Part shown: piece after piece, positions 51,344 through 62,886 of the stretch
How positions within the stretch are numbered: the stretch's first letter is position 1
Layout of the letters: every line of letters begins with the position of its first letter
Assembly: GCA_039189765.1 (NCBI GenBank)
Contig: JBCCYL010000021.1
Coordinates: 1 to 64,000, forward strand
Reading direction: 5' to 3'
DNA length: 64,000 bases
From: Cyanobacteria bacterium P01_F01_bin.150
GTDB lineage: Bacteria; Cyanobacteriota; Cyanobacteriia; CAKZMO01
Notes under the pieces: generated by a model
What the model was told of the DNA's origin: nothing
The model's database searches: none
The model's input: the letters and a program-made list of their open reading frames with translations, nothing else
Position numbers and translations under genes: made by a program

Positions 51344-52177
51344 ATGGATGAATTTCGTGAAGGGCTTGAACTGGCCACAGCTAAAGAACTAAGGGAGCTG
51401 ACTCACCTGTTGTTTCATCGTAGATTCAACCCACTTGATTATGTTATGGGTGTCGATGAGAAAGATCTCCCTTTTAATGACCGCTATGCTTTGATTGCAC
51501 AAGTTGACAAAAGATTCCGATTTTTGGCAGCTGACGGTGTTACTGTTTTGAGGCAAACTAGCGATGCTTTGCCTTATCGTCGGATTTTAGGTTCAGTCTG
51601 TCAACATTTTAGTCTGCACTTACCATCATCTTTATCAACCATTGCATTGGAGCAAGAAGTGTTCTTGCATATCCTGGATATAGCCTATCAAAAGCTATCA
51701 CTAGATGAGCAATCTAACCTTGAAGACTATTTCCGCAGGACAGTGATCGCCCACTCTTTCAACAGTGAGTGTTATGCAGAGCTTAGGCAGCAGTCTCTAC
51801 GAGTTATTTTGAAAGGAAGTGGTGCTGTGATGATTAACTCGGTACTGCGTCCTCTACTCCTACGCTATCTAGCGAATAAAGTTGCAGTCCAATTGGTTCA
51901 TTATCAAATGGCCAAGAAACTTTTGGTGGGCAGTAGTTTAGCTGTCGTTCAAGCTTCAAAACGCCAAGCAGCGCTTCAGGCCGCTAAACACGGTGCAGTG
52001 CTGAACTTGACACGATATGGTGCAGTTCGCAGCGCTTTTGCTGTTTTAGGGCCTGCGATGTGGGCCTGGTTCTTGGCTGACTTGGGCTGGAGATCAATTG
52101 CCACTAATTACGGCCGGATTATTCCAGCTATTTTTAGCATTGCACAAATTCGATTACTGCAAGAGGATGCCAGATAA
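51344..52177 (+). CDS. YaaW family protein
   Basis: LELAT..EL...LF.RRFNPLDY, RFRFLAADG, LGWRSIATNYGRIIP. Confidence 0.8.
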   Translation: MDEFREGLELATAKELRELTHLLFHRRFNPLDYVMGVDEKDLPFNDRYALIAQVDKRFRFLAADGVTVLRQTSDALPYRRILGSVCQHFSLHLPSSLSTIALEQEVFLHILDIAYQKLSLDEQSNLEDYFRRTVIAHSFNSECYAELRQQSLRVILKGSGAVMINSVLRPLLLRYLANKVAVQLVHYQMAKKLLVGSSLAVVQASKRQAALQAAKHGAVLNLTRYGAVRSAFAVLGPAMWAWFLADLGWRSIATNYGRIIPAIFSIAQIRLLQEDAR

Positions 52178-52276
52178 GAAAATAGAACTGTTGGTAAAGC
52201 AAAAGCATTTGATAGGCTGAGAGCTACAGCCATTTGAAAATATCTATCCGTTGTCTGTTTTGCAAGGAGAGTACTG

Positions 52277-52840
52277 TTGGCAACCGATCCACCTTCAAAT
52301 CATTCCCGTGTAAATTCATCCTCTGAGAAGAACAATAAGGAATCAAAGCGTTCAAAACGATCTGGTGAACCTAAAGGTCATTATGCCCTTTTGAAGATAG
52401 CGCCTTGGGCAAGTCCTCAAGATATTAGGAAGGCTTATCGGGATCTCAGTAAGTTATACCATCCTGATACTACTGCGTTGCCCGCAGATATTGCCACAGC
52501 TAAATTTCAGGCTTTAAATGATGCTTATGCTGTTTTGAGTAATCCAGAGCAGCGATCGCAATATGATCTCCGACATGGATATTCTAGATTTTCCGTCGTA
52601 CAATCGACTCGGGACCTAAACAAACCTGTTTCATCTTCTAAAGTTCCAGGGTGGTCTGATCAGGCAAGAATTCGCTCTAATTCTTCATATTTAGATCCCA
52701 ACGATCGCCCCCTCTCTCCTGGTGAGATTTTTGCAGTGGTTTTACTGGGAGTTACTTTTGTGGGCTGCCTGGGTTTAGTTTTGTTAGCTAGCCTATTTAG
52801 AGGCGAGAGTGCTGTGCTGACAGTCGGCTTATTTTTATAG
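52277..52840 (+). CDS. J-domain (DnaJ-like) membrane protein
   Basis: HYALL, YRDLSKLYHPD, C-terminal TM segment. Confidence 0.85.
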   Translation: MATDPPSNHSRVNSSSEKNNKESKRSKRSGEPKGHYALLKIAPWASPQDIRKAYRDLSKLYHPDTTALPADIATAKFQALNDAYAVLSNPEQRSQYDLRHGYSRFSVVQSTRDLNKPVSSSKVPGWSDQARIRSNSSYLDPNDRPLSPGEIFAVVLLGVTFVGCLGLVLLASLFRGESAVLTVGLFL

Positions 52841-52976
52841 GTTTAGTATTAAAATATTCCTTGCGGACAATGGTGGAGCTTCTCGCTTCTACTAGCCCAT
52901 CTGTTTCGTCTACAGCAAAAACCGATACACTGATATTCAGTATCCCAATTTATTCATAAATACTGGCATCTTTTTC

Positions 52977-53249
52977 ATGGTCCTTCCTTCCTCTGATACT
53001 CCGCTATATAACCATCCTTTGCCTGATATTGAACAGTGGCTTATGAATAAGGGCTGTGAACAAGACAGTAGCGATCGCCATTTCTGGCAAATTAAGACAG
53101 CTAATTGGGAAGCTGAAATTAGCTTGGACGTGGATTCTCTCAAAGTCCGTTATTTTAACGCTGGAGAGGGCGGACGAGATATCCAACGCTCGTTCAAGTA
53201 TTCACTGACCCGTGAAGACTTAGAAGAAGCAATTTTTTCAGGGCCTTAA
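52977..53249 (+). CDS. DUF3143 family protein
   Basis: LPSSDTPLYNHPLPDIEQWL...FKYSLTREDLEEAIFSGP. Confidence 0.85.
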   Translation: MVLPSSDTPLYNHPLPDIEQWLMNKGCEQDSSDRHFWQIKTANWEAEISLDVDSLKVRYFNAGEGGRDIQRSFKYSLTREDLEEAIFSGP

Positions 53250-53298
53250 AGGGAGCGATTATTAATCCCCAATGTGCTCAAACATATTGCCATTGCCA

Positions 53299-54057
53299 CT
53301 ACTTTAGGGCTCCAAAACGTCGATCGCGCTTCTGGTAAGCGACCAGAGCTTGGTGAAATTCAGTTCTGCCAAAGTCAGGCCACAACGTATCTGTGATATA
53401 GAGTTCTGCATAGGCTGTTTGCCACAACAAAAAATTGCTGAGTCGCATCTCTCCACTGGTTCGAATGAGCAAATCTGGGTCACAGATGCCAGCCGTATAT
53501 AGGTGGGACTCAAACAGTTCGACATCAATTGCATTTGGATCAACGATTCCTTGCTTAGCCTTATGGGCAATTGTCTGACATGCTCGGACAATCTCTTGCC
53601 GTCCCCCATAGTTTTTGGCAATGGTAAATCGTATTCCTTTGTTGGTACGAGTTGCTTCTTCTGAATGATGAATCTCGGATTGCAGTGAAGTAGGCAACGC
53701 CGCTAAATTACCCACAAAACGAATCTGAATATCTTCTTTGATTAATTCGTCTAGCTCCTTCCTCAACACTCGCTCAAATAGGGTCATCAGGAACTCAACT
53801 TCCTCCAGGGGGCGGCTCCAGTTTTCGGTGGAAAACGAATAGGCTGTCAGAGCCTGAATACCCCAATCACGACAACAGTGAAGTAATTCTTTTAATGTAT
53901 CAACCCCTTGTTTATGTCCGACCCGTCGGGGTAACCCTTGTTGCTTTGCCCACCGCCCATTACCATCCATAATCACAGCAACATGCCTTGGCAAATAGTC
54001 TGCATGTAAATCTGTAGGGAGAGTCCTTGAAACCGCTGGAGTTTGATTCGCTGTCAT
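53299..54057 (-). CDS. uppS: Isoprenyl transferase (undecaprenyl diphosphate synthase)
   Basis: [38 protein letters not shown]. Confidence 0.95.
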   Translation of the reverse strand: MTANQTPAVSRTLPTDLHADYLPRHVAVIMDGNGRWAKQQGLPRRVGHKQGVDTLKELLHCCRDWGIQALTAYSFSTENWSRPLEEVEFLMTLFERVLRKELDELIKEDIQIRFVGNLAALPTSLQSEIHHSEEATRTNKGIRFTIAKNYGGRQEIVRACQTIAHKAKQGIVDPNAIDVELFESHLYTAGICDPDLLIRTSGEMRLSNFLLWQTAYAELYITDTLWPDFGRTEFHQALVAYQKRDRRFGALK

Positions 54058-54065
54058 GTCTTTAT

Positions 54066-54995
54066 TTACCGTTTCTTCTTTCTAAGAGATATTGAAATCA
54101 AGCGATAGACTCGATAGCCCATACCTCTTAGTTGAGTGACAACCCGCCGCCCTAAACTTCTTAATTGGGGAGCTACGACTTCGCGATCGCTAGTTTGTGC
54201 AAACTTAGCGCGGAGCAACTCCCTTAGTTTACTGCTAGTCAGGGGCCGATTGAGGGTTCCTCGCTCAGCAACAGAAATAGACCCAGTTTCTTCTGAAACG
54301 ACTACACACAAGCAATACTCTACTCGTTCTGTAATTCCCATCGCTGCTCGGTGTCGTGTCCCTAGCTGTCGAGAAGCATCTCGTTCGGAAATAGGCAAAA
54401 TAACACCTGCTGACATCACTCTGGCTTCTCGGATTAGCACCGCGCCATCATGCAATAAAGTAGACGTCTGGAAGATGGTTTGCAGCAGTTCTCTCGATAC
54501 TTCAGCATTAATTCGAACCCCTGGGACTGAAAAATCCTGTTCATCAATAGGTTGAGTGGTCTCCATGATGATTAAAGCTCCTGTCCGATTCTGCGACAGC
54601 TCTTTAACCGCATCTACAATCTCATCAATGGCGTTACCTGATTTTACAGGGGCTTCTCGAGAGGGTTGAAATAGCTGTCGTAAATCTCCCCGACCAAGCT
54701 GTTCGAGCAATCGACGAAACTCAGTTTGAAAAATAAACGCCATTGCAATAGACGCCCCAACCAAAAGTTTCTCCAGAGCGTAGGCCAGAAAAACAAAGCC
54801 CAGTTCTTTACTAAGTGACACCAGTAACATCAATACAATGAGACCGCGCACCATCCACAATGTACGTCGTTCCCAAATAATGACGGTGAAAACGATGTAG
54901 GCTAGAACCAGAACTAGCGTAATATCGAGGACACCCAAAAACCATACTTGGGGTCCACTCAAGTGTGTCAGCCATTGTTTTAACAAAACGCCCAT
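54066..54995 (-). CDS. cdaA: Diadenylate cyclase
   Basis: Three N-terminal TMs, LHDGA, GTRHRAA, VSEETG. Confidence 0.93.
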   Translation of the reverse strand: MGVLLKQWLTHLSGPQVWFLGVLDITLVLVLAYIVFTVIIWERRTLWMVRGLIVLMLLVSLSKELGFVFLAYALEKLLVGASIAMAFIFQTEFRRLLEQLGRGDLRQLFQPSREAPVKSGNAIDEIVDAVKELSQNRTGALIIMETTQPIDEQDFSVPGVRINAEVSRELLQTIFQTSTLLHDGAVLIREARVMSAGVILPISERDASRQLGTRHRAAMGITERVEYCLCVVVSEETGSISVAERGTLNRPLTSSKLRELLRAKFAQTSDREVVAPQLRSLGRRVVTQLRGMGYRVYRLISISLRKKKR

Positions 54996-55572
54996 CTGGT
55001 TAACTTGAAATAGCCCGGTGTTTTTATTGAAAGCGTCTTTGTTCCTGTCCTCAGTGCCAAGGGTAGTAACCTCAGGCTCTTAGTGTAAGAGCATTTCATG
55101 CTCTACACACTTCCTATTTTTTTCGCTTCAAGAGAAGACCCAAACTAGCCCTGGGACGTCAGAATAAACTATTTCTCTCCATTTTCATGATGTCCAGCGC
55201 GGATTAAAAAGGATCTGGCTTCACTTTACACCGTTTGGACCGCATAACTAATGGAAATCTGACAATTACACCCCTCCTCAATTAGGGGAATTGATCTATG
55301 AAATAGTTGGGTATTTCGCTCCACTCGTCATTTCACCCTACTTAAAAGTCACTCTTATTAAGGGTTTGATTAGACCGCTACGACATAGTCTATCCCTTTA
55401 GCAATTTGACTGACCGGGTTCAACGCAAAACAAGGCTTTGAACCCAGAAGCGTTTGCATCCAATATCTAAATTATGCTCTGCCGCACAATTTTAGGATGC
55501 AGCGATCGCCAAAGCCTCTTTTTTATGAAGCTTAGCCTAAATTACTTGCCCATCACCTACACTCTTGCACTC

Positions 55573-57000
55573 TTAAGATTCAGGCTGTGCTGCTAAATAA
55601 TCAGGTAGGCAGTCATGCTGAAGCAAGTCTTCATAGGTTTCTCTTTGCAAGATTAGATGAGCCATGCCGTCATTGACCAGCACGGCCGCCGGTCGAGGAA
55701 CACGATTGTAATTAGAGGCCATGCTGTAGTTGTAGGCTCCAGTCGCGAGTACGACTAATGTATCCCCTGTGGATAGCTCAGGTAATAGAATATCTTTGAT
55801 GACAATATCACCGGACTCACAATGTTTTCCCGCAACGGTCACTGTTTCAGCGGTGGCTGCGGACATTCGATTTGCCAAAATTGCCTCATACTGCGATTGA
55901 TAAGTAATTGGGCGAGGGTTGTCAGACATACCACCATCTACAGATATGTAGGTCCTCAGATCAGGAACGGTTTTACGACTGCCCACGGTGTAAGCCGTCA
56001 CACAAGATGAACCAATTAGAGAGCGCCCAGGCTCGGCAATCAGCTTGGGTAACGGGATGTCATTCATCTCACAGGCTTTATGAACTGCGTCACTAACAGT
56101 TTTAGCCCACTGTTCAATGCTGGGAGGATCATCTGCTTGGGTGTAACGAATACCGAGTCCGCCACCGACATCCAATTCTGAAATGGTTAGCCCATAAGTT
56201 TTAGCCTGTAAGAACCATTGAGCCATAACACCGGGAAGGTCTTCATGGGGCTGGAGCTCAAAAATTTGAGAGCCAATGTGGGCATGAAGCCCCATGCAGT
56301 TAAGTTGTGGTTGTTGACTGACAAACTTAAAGACGTCATCTAACTGCTCTGGATCAAAACCAAACTTGCTATCTAAGTGCCCTGTTTGAATATATTCGTG
56401 AGTATGACATTCAATGCCAGGGGTCACCCGCAGCATTATGCGAATTTCGTTTGTTTGTTGCTTTGCCAAATCAACGACGGTTTCAAGTTCAAGCCAGTTA
56501 TCGACAACAATAGTCACATGAGATGCGATCGCCATTTCCAGTTCGTGACGTGATTTATTGTTACCATGCAAATAAATCTTTGCCGAATCAAACCCGGCCT
56601 TCAATGCAGTAAACAGCTCGCCTCCGGACACGACATCAATACCCAGGCCTTCTTGTTCAACTAAGGCACACACAGCCAAACAGTTCCATGCTTTGGACGC
56701 ATAGATAACAAGCGATTCGCCCTGATAGTGAGTTTTAAAGGCCTCCGTATACTGGCGACAGGATTCGCGCACAGTATGCTCATCTAAGATATAGAGGGGA
56801 GAACCAAACTGCTCTAATAAAGTTGGAACATCACAGCCACCTATTTCCAAATGATCTTGAGCGTTGATCTTAGCTGTTAGGGGCAATAGTGATTGGTTGG
56901 GAGAAAGATGAGGCTTCGTAGCCTCGGCGAAGTAAGCAGAGGTATGGGATGTCCCACGAGTTGTTTCTTGGTTGATTCGATCAAGAGGTGCTGACACCAT
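55573..57000 (-). CDS. lysA: Diaminopimelate decarboxylase
   Basis: YASKA, HGNNKS, SKFG, HIGSQ, EPGRS, CESGD, GAYNYSMASNYN. Confidence 0.96.
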   Translation of the reverse strand: MVSAPLDRINQETTRGTSHTSAYFAEATKPHLSPNQSLLPLTAKINAQDHLEIGGCDVPTLLEQFGSPLYILDEHTVRESCRQYTEAFKTHYQGESLVIYASKAWNCLAVCALVEQEGLGIDVVSGGELFTALKAGFDSAKIYLHGNNKSRHELEMAIASHVTIVVDNWLELETVVDLAKQQTNEIRIMLRVTPGIECHTHEYIQTGHLDSKFGFDPEQLDDVFKFVSQQPQLNCMGLHAHIGSQIFELQPHEDLPGVMAQWFLQAKTYGLTISELDVGGGLGIRYTQADDPPSIEQWAKTVSDAVHKACEMNDIPLPKLIAEPGRSLIGSSCVTAYTVGSRKTVPDLRTYISVDGGMSDNPRPITYQSQYEAILANRMSAATAETVTVAGKHCESGDIVIKDILLPELSTGDTLVVLATGAYNYSMASNYNRVPRPAAVLVNDGMAHLILQRETYEDLLQHDCLPDYLAAQPES

Positions 57001-57106
57001 AAGAAAATTAAGTAATTGATGTTTAATCCAACAGTCTTTAGATTATATGGTTAGCGATTACATCCACGATAGTCAAACGATAAGTCATATGCTGAGGATA
57101 ATTTAG

Positions 57107-57733
57107 GTGATTGAGATATCTCCTTGTCCCATTGTGATCGAAGAATTAACTGAGCAATATTTGCAGGCCGTAATACAAATGGACCAAAATTGCTTGGGTG
57201 GCCTATGGACGGAAGCAGGTTATCGACGGGAAATTGAGAGTCCCAATAGCCAACTTCTTATCATTAGAATGGCATCAAAGACTTTGAACAAGCCGTCTGA
57301 ACCTCCCTTAAGACACTCCAACCTGATTGGTATTGGTTGTGTCTGGTTCATTTTAGAAGAAGCACACATTACTCTATTGGCCATCAAAGCCCCATATCGC
57401 CGTCAAGGCTTTGGCCAAATACTATTGATGGTGCTATTGGAAACTTCTATTCAACGGCAATCGCAATGGGCTACTTTGGAAGTCCGCTGTAGTAATCGTC
57501 CAGCTCAGCAACTATATGAAAAGTTTGGGTTTATAACCATAGGGCAGCGGAAAAAGTACTATCAAGATACTGGGGAAGATGCTCTTATCCTTTGGAATAA
57601 AGAATTACAGAAACCAGTTCTACAGTACAATTTGGCACAAATCAAGCAAAAAGCACTTGAGCGTCTTCATATAAATGGTTGGTGTGTAGAATCATTAAGG
57701 TACAACAATTGTTCTCGAACTTCTTCTCCATAA
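57107..57733 (+). CDS. rimI: Ribosomal-protein-alanine N-acetyltransferase
   Basis: EAHITLLAI, RRQGFG, LEVRCSN..AQQLYEKFGF, RKKYY. Confidence 0.88.
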   Translation: MIEISPCPIVIEELTEQYLQAVIQMDQNCLGGLWTEAGYRREIESPNSQLLIIRMASKTLNKPSEPPLRHSNLIGIGCVWFILEEAHITLLAIKAPYRRQGFGQILLMVLLETSIQRQSQWATLEVRCSNRPAQQLYEKFGFITIGQRKKYYQDTGEDALILWNKELQKPVLQYNLAQIKQKALERLHINGWCVESLRYNNCSRTSSP

Positions 57734-58067
57734 GCTCTGCTAAGCTTTCCATATCAGTTTTCACCTGATAATCTATGTTTAGAAAAAATTAAGTGGTTGA
57801 GCGTGCTACTGGGCAGTGTTGCTCTGATATGGGCACAACTGACATTATTGTTCAAAGATGTTAACGGATAGTTACAGTATTGAAACGCAGTACTGATATT
57901 CCGGATGCATCGCCAGCTATCAAGCATCTGAGGTCTGGGTTTGAACAACAGATATTGAACTTAGATTCGCTATCTTTATTTTTCGGCCATTTTAACTTAG
58001 CTGCCGAGCCTGTATCACTATGCTAGAATCAAGCTTACTGGCACGCAGCAGGTGATGGAAAAACGCC

Positions 58068-60545
58068 ATGTTTGAACGCTTCACAGAGAAAGCCATTAAG
58101 GTGATAATGCTTGCCCAAGAGGAAGCCCGTCGCCTGGGACACAATTTCGTAGGCACGGAACAGATCCTCCTGGGTCTAATTGGAGAAGGCACTGGGGTGG
58201 CCGCCAAGGTACTAAAGTCCATGGGGGTCAATCTTAAAGATGCTCGGATTGAGGTTGAGAAAATCATCGGTCGTGGTTCTGGGTTTGTGGCGGTTGAAAT
58301 TCCGTTCACACCAAGAGCAAAGAGGGTTTTGGAACTTTCTTTAGAGGAAGCCAGACAACTGGGCCATAATTACATTGGAACTGAACATCTATTGCTGGGT
58401 CTCATTCGTGAAGGTGAAGGAGTTGCCGCTCGCGTTTTAGAAAATCTTGGAGTTGACTTATCCAAGGTAAGGACTCAAGTGATTAGGATGTTGGGAGAGA
58501 CTGCTGAGGTCCCATCGGGTGGTGGTCAAGGTCGAACCAAGACTCCAACGCTGGACGAATTTGGTTCAAATCTCACTCAGCTTGCAGGAGAGGGGAAGCT
58601 CGATCCTGTGGTAGGGCGTCAAAAAGAGATTGAGCGTGTTATCCAGATTTTGGGTCGTCGTACAAAGAATAATCCTGTTCTTATTGGTGAGCCTGGTGTC
58701 GGTAAGACCGCTATAGCTGAGGGGCTAGCACAACGCATTTCTACTGGAGACATTCCCGATATTCTCGAGGAAAAGCGCGTTGTTACCCTAGATATTGGCT
58801 TGTTGGTTGCAGGTACGAAATATCGTGGTGAATTCGAAGAGCGACTAAAGAAGATCATGGATGAAATTCGTCAAGCGGCGAATGTCATTTTAGTGATTGA
58901 CGAAGTTCACACGTTGATAGGCGCTGGTGCGGCAGAGGGAGCCATCGATGCTGCTAACATCCTGAAACCCGCTTTGGCACGGGGTGAGTTGCAGTGTATA
59001 GGTGCAACTACATTGGATGAATATCGTAAGCATATTGAACGAGATGCTGCTTTAGAGCGCCGTTTCCAGCCAGTGATGGTGGGTGAACCTTCTGTCGATG
59101 AGACCATTGAGATTTTGCATGGTCTTCGCGATCGCTATGAGCAGCATCACAAGCTCAAAATTTTAGATGAGGCGCTAGATGCTGCAGCCAAGCTGTCTGA
59201 TCGATACATCTCTGATCGATATCTTCCCGACAAAGCTATTGACTTGATTGATGAGGCGGGATCTCGAGTTCGTCTGATTAATTCTCAGCTTCCTCCTGCC
59301 GCTAAGGAGTTAGACAAGGAGTTAAAAGGTCTTTTAAAAGATAAAGACGATGCAGTTCGTTCCCAGGACTTTGACAAAGCTGGTGAGCTGCGTGATCGAG
59401 AAATGGAAATTAAGGCGGAAATCCGTGCAATTGCTCAAAGCAAGAAATCGGAAGAGGCAGAAGGCGGTGATAGTTTATCTCCTGTTGTCACGGAAGAAGA
59501 CATCGCCCAAATCGTTGCATCTTGGACTGGGGTACCTGTGCAGAAGCTAACAGAGTCCGAATCTGAGAAGCTTCTGCACATGGAGGATACCCTGCATCAG
59601 CGGTTAATTGGTCAAGAGGAAGCGGTGAAAGCTGTGTCTCGTGCCATTCGCCGTGCAAGGGTTGGCTTAAAGAATCCTAATCGCCCGATTGCAAGCTTCA
59701 TCTTCTCTGGCCCAACTGGTGTTGGGAAGACGGAATTGACTAAGGCGCTGGCATCCTATTTCTTTGGCTCCGAAGAAGCCATGATTCGTTTGGATATGTC
59801 AGAGTACATGGAGCGCCATACCGTCTCTAAGCTGATTGGCTCTCCTCCTGGATATGTGGGCTATAACGAAGGAGGGCAGCTTACCGAAGCCGTTCGTCGT
59901 CGTCCTTACACCGTTGTCTTGTTTGATGAAATTGAAAAGGCCCATCCTGATATTTTCAATATGCTTTTGCAGATATTGGAAGATGGTCGCTTAACTGATG
60001 CCAAGGGTAGAACGGTTGACTTCAAGAATACCTTGTTAATCATGACTTCTAACATTGGTTCGAAGGTCATCGAGAAGGGGGGTACTGGCCTAGGGTTCGA
60101 ATTTTCTTCTGACAATGAAGCTGATGCTCAATACAATAGAATTCGTTCCTTGGTGAATGAAGAGTTGAAGCAGTACTTCCGTCCCGAGTTCTTGAACCGT
60201 CTTGATGAAATCATTGTCTTCCGTCAATTGACTAAGGACGAGGTCAAAGAAATTTCTACCATTTTGCTCAAAGAAGTCTTTGGGCGATTGGATGAACAGG
60301 GTATTGCACTGGAAATCACTGAACGCTTTAAGGAGCGCCTCATTGAGGAGGGATACAACCCCAGCTATGGAGCAAGGCCATTACGTCGGGCTATTATGCG
60401 ATTGCTTGAGGACTCTCTTGCGGAAGAAATTTTATCGGGTCGTATTCAGGATGGCGATACTGCCGTCGTAGACGTGGATGATGATGGCCAGGTGAAAGTA
60501 TCGGCAGGTGAGAAGCGAGAGCTGTTGCCTCAAGGTGCAGAGTAA
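58068..60545 (+). CDS. clpC: ATP-dependent Clp protease ATP-binding subunit ClpC
   Basis: [32 protein letters not shown]; two AAA+ modules GEPGVGKT and GPTGVGKT. Confidence 0.98.
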   Translation: MFERFTEKAIKVIMLAQEEARRLGHNFVGTEQILLGLIGEGTGVAAKVLKSMGVNLKDARIEVEKIIGRGSGFVAVEIPFTPRAKRVLELSLEEARQLGHNYIGTEHLLLGLIREGEGVAARVLENLGVDLSKVRTQVIRMLGETAEVPSGGGQGRTKTPTLDEFGSNLTQLAGEGKLDPVVGRQKEIERVIQILGRRTKNNPVLIGEPGVGKTAIAEGLAQRISTGDIPDILEEKRVVTLDIGLLVAGTKYRGEFEERLKKIMDEIRQAANVILVIDEVHTLIGAGAAEGAIDAANILKPALARGELQCIGATTLDEYRKHIERDAALERRFQPVMVGEPSVDETIEILHGLRDRYEQHHKLKILDEALDAAAKLSDRYISDRYLPDKAIDLIDEAGSRVRLINSQLPPAAKELDKELKGLLKDKDDAVRSQDFDKAGELRDREMEIKAEIRAIAQSKKSEEAEGGDSLSPVVTEEDIAQIVASWTGVPVQKLTESESEKLLHMEDTLHQRLIGQEEAVKAVSRAIRRARVGLKNPNRPIASFIFSGPTGVGKTELTKALASYFFGSEEAMIRLDMSEYMERHTVSKLIGSPPGYVGYNEGGQLTEAVRRRPYTVVLFDEIEKAHPDIFNMLLQILEDGRLTDAKGRTVDFKNTLLIMTSNIGSKVIEKGGTGLGFEFSSDNEADAQYNRIRSLVNEELKQYFRPEFLNRLDEIIVFRQLTKDEVKEISTILLKEVFGRLDEQGIALEITERFKERLIEEGYNPSYGARPLRRAIMRLLEDSLAEEILSGRIQDGDTAVVDVDDDGQVKVSAGEKRELLPQGAE

Positions 60546-60613
60546 TAGCTGCTTGAGAATATACTTGCATACTGTCTCTGTCAAAGACTACGGATAGTTT
60601 ATTCATCAGTATG

Positions 60614-60642
60614 AAAGCGTGTACAATCAGTACACGCTTTTT
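60614..60642 (+). terminator. Rho-independent terminator after clpC
   Basis: AAAGCGTGTAC-AATCA-GTACACGCTTTTT. Confidence 0.7.
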
Positions 60643-60664
60643 ATGTTTGATAGACAATAGAATT

Positions 60665-60698
60665 GGCAGGTGGTAAACACCACCCGCCTAAAGTTGAT
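60665..60698 (+). repeat. Dispersed hairpin + CCTAAAGTTGAT element, copy 3 (shortened)
   Basis: GGCAGGTGGT-AAAC-ACCACCCGCC-TAAAGTTGAT. Confidence 0.65.
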
Positions 60699-60781
60699 CT
60701 CTATTTTTGACAAGGGTTTGGTGCGTTTGTTCCTGTCGTGTGGATAAGCAATCGCACCCGAGCTGATGTAATCAATATCTC

Positions 60782-62152
60782 CTAGCCGATTTTTGTGGGT
60801 TTAGAGGGCTTAAGTTGAGGAGAACTTTGTTGAAGCAGTTCATCTATGGACTGTTCAGTATTAACCCGCTCAATATGTGCTCCTAACTTTTGGAGCTTTC
60901 CTTCAATATCCTCATAGCCTCGATCGAGATGATGTAACCCATGAATTTGAGTCATTCCTTGAGCTGCTAGACCTGCTAGCACTAAAGCGGCAGAGGCTCT
61001 TAAATCAGTGGCTAAAACTGGTGCACCAGATAGCATCGGCACGCCACTTACAACGGCAATATTGCCTTTTACCCTAATATTAGCTCCCATCCGATTTAGC
61101 TCGGCGACATGGCGCAGGCGATTCTCAAAAACAGTTTCAGTAATGACGCTATTGCCATCGCTCAACGTCAGTAACGCCATAAATTGGGCTTGCATATCCG
61201 TTGGAAAACCGGGGAAGGGAAGAGTTTCGATATCAGTGCCAACCTGTCGCTGAGCAGGAATGACACGTACGCGATCGCGTTGTTCACTACGAACATCGAT
61301 ACCGATGGACTTTAGCTTAGAGATCACTGCAGTCAGGTGTTCTGGAATCACAGGTGATAGCGAAAATTCTGATCTGGTAATTGCACCAGCAACCAAAAAC
61401 GTTCCTGCTTCAATACGGTCTGGAACAATTGAATAATCTGTAGAGTGAAGCTTAGACACACCAGAAATAACAATGGTTTTAGTCCCAGCACCGCGAATTT
61501 TTGCTCCCATTGAACGGCAAAAATTGGCAAGATCGACAACTTCAGGCTCTTGAGCTGCATTCTCAATGATGGTTTCGCCTTCAGCCAACGTTGCTGCCAT
61601 CATTAGTGTTTCGGTAGCTCCTACACTCGGGCAATCCAAATAGATTCTTGCTCCAGTTAGACGCTTGCGAGTCCCCTTCACATAGGCATGAACAATTCCG
61701 TGATCAATATGCACCTCTGCCCCTAGAGCACGCAAACCTCGCACATGTAAATCAACAGGCCTTGCTCCGATGGCACAACCACCTGGAAGCGGAACGCGAG
61801 CTTCCCCAACCCGAGCCAAAATTGCACCAATGGTAAAGAAACTAGCCCGCAATTGGCTCACTAACTCATAAGGAGCTTTAGATTGGCCAATGATGTTTGC
61901 CTTAATAGTCAGACAATTTCCATTGTGCGAAAGAGACACTCCTAATGCCTGGATAATCTCCGCCATGCGGCCTACATCCGCAAGCGCGGGCACGTTTCTC
62001 AAATGAACATCATCGGGACACAGTAACGCTGCTGCCATCAGTACCAAAGCCGAATTTTTGGCACCACTCACTTGGACATGTCCAGAGAGAGTATATCCAC
62101 CCTGAATGTTCAGAACGGGTTCCTGAGCATCGGAAATGGCATTTTTGGGCAT
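60782..62152 (-). CDS. murA: UDP-N-acetylglucosamine 1-carboxyvinyltransferase
   Basis: [47 protein letters not shown]. Confidence 0.97.
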   Translation of the reverse strand: MPKNAISDAQEPVLNIQGGYTLSGHVQVSGAKNSALVLMAAALLCPDDVHLRNVPALADVGRMAEIIQALGVSLSHNGNCLTIKANIIGQSKAPYELVSQLRASFFTIGAILARVGEARVPLPGGCAIGARPVDLHVRGLRALGAEVHIDHGIVHAYVKGTRKRLTGARIYLDCPSVGATETLMMAATLAEGETIIENAAQEPEVVDLANFCRSMGAKIRGAGTKTIVISGVSKLHSTDYSIVPDRIEAGTFLVAGAITRSEFSLSPVIPEHLTAVISKLKSIGIDVRSEQRDRVRVIPAQRQVGTDIETLPFPGFPTDMQAQFMALLTLSDGNSVITETVFENRLRHVAELNRMGANIRVKGNIAVVSGVPMLSGAPVLATDLRASAALVLAGLAAQGMTQIHGLHHLDRGYEDIEGKLQKLGAHIERVNTEQSIDELLQQSSPQLKPSKPTKIG

Positions 62153-62373
62153 TGAAAGAGGCTGATTGATAGGTCTGTCCTCCCAAGACTACTAAACTAG
62201 AATATTCTTAACACAAATTAGTATTGGTATAGATTCTACCGGAAAGATTTCCGGGTTGATTTGGGAATTGAAGCTTTTACACAACTGTTGGGGGCCTATA
62301 TTTATAAAAATTATGGATTTTCCATTAGAAAAACCATTCGGGTTTCGTGTTACAGCGAAACAACATCAACGGT

Positions 62374-62418
62374 AGTGTGGGGCACTCCGCGCCCCCACTC
62401 CGCGCCTAAAGTTGATAC
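62374..62418 (+). repeat. Dispersed hairpin + CCTAAAGTTGATAC element, copy 4
   Basis: AGTGTGGGGCAC-TCC-GCGCCCCCACT-CCG-CGCCTAAAGTTGATAC; a partial tail GCCTAAAATTGAC recurs at ~62434. Confidence 0.65.
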
Positions 62419-62578
62419 TCAAATCTGTCTGAGGCCTAAAATTGACTTAACAGACAAAGTAAGTGAAAATGATATTCCGATGGATCAAGGGCATGATGAA
62501 ATTAGTGAAAGCATATCATCAGCATTGTGCATTAAGTGTATGCAGGACTTCAGTTTAAAGATTGAATTCTTGTTACTA

Positions 62579-62665
62579 GCGGAACTGGCGGAATTGGTAG
62601 ACGCGCTAGATTCAGGTTCTAGTGTCCGCTTTTTGGACATCCGGGTTCAAGTCCCGGGTTCCGCA
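62579..62665 (+). tRNA. trnL: tRNA-Leu (anticodon CAG)
   Basis: Acceptor stem GCGGAAC/GTTCCGC+A; D arm GGCGGAATTGGTAGACGC; anticodon arm CTAGA-TTCAGGT-TCTAG; long variable arm; T arm CCGGG-TTCAAGT-CCCGG; CCA not encoded. Confidence 0.95.
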
Positions 62666-62886
62666 TCATGTAGTACAGTTAGATTCTTTAGAAGCGGGAT
62701 CTAATTATTGGGAGTTGCAGCTATGCGGTTGTCGCTGCTGAAGCTTTGCATCTAGTGATTACTAGGAAGAGTCTCTCACCAAATTTTTAATACTCCTGAG
62801 ACTCATCGCATCTTCCTCTGTAATCTTTTTGTGAGTTCTTAACTTTATGTTCAACTGGGTGGATAGCCAGAAGAGGCTCAGAAAAT

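Noticed and set aside
62579..62665. tRNA as a possible integration site
   Set aside because: No integrase or duplicated tRNA 3' end was seen, and the flanks are housekeeping genes.
62261..62704. 147-aa ORF
   Set aside because: It spans the tRNA-Leu gene and a repeat element, so it is likely spurious.
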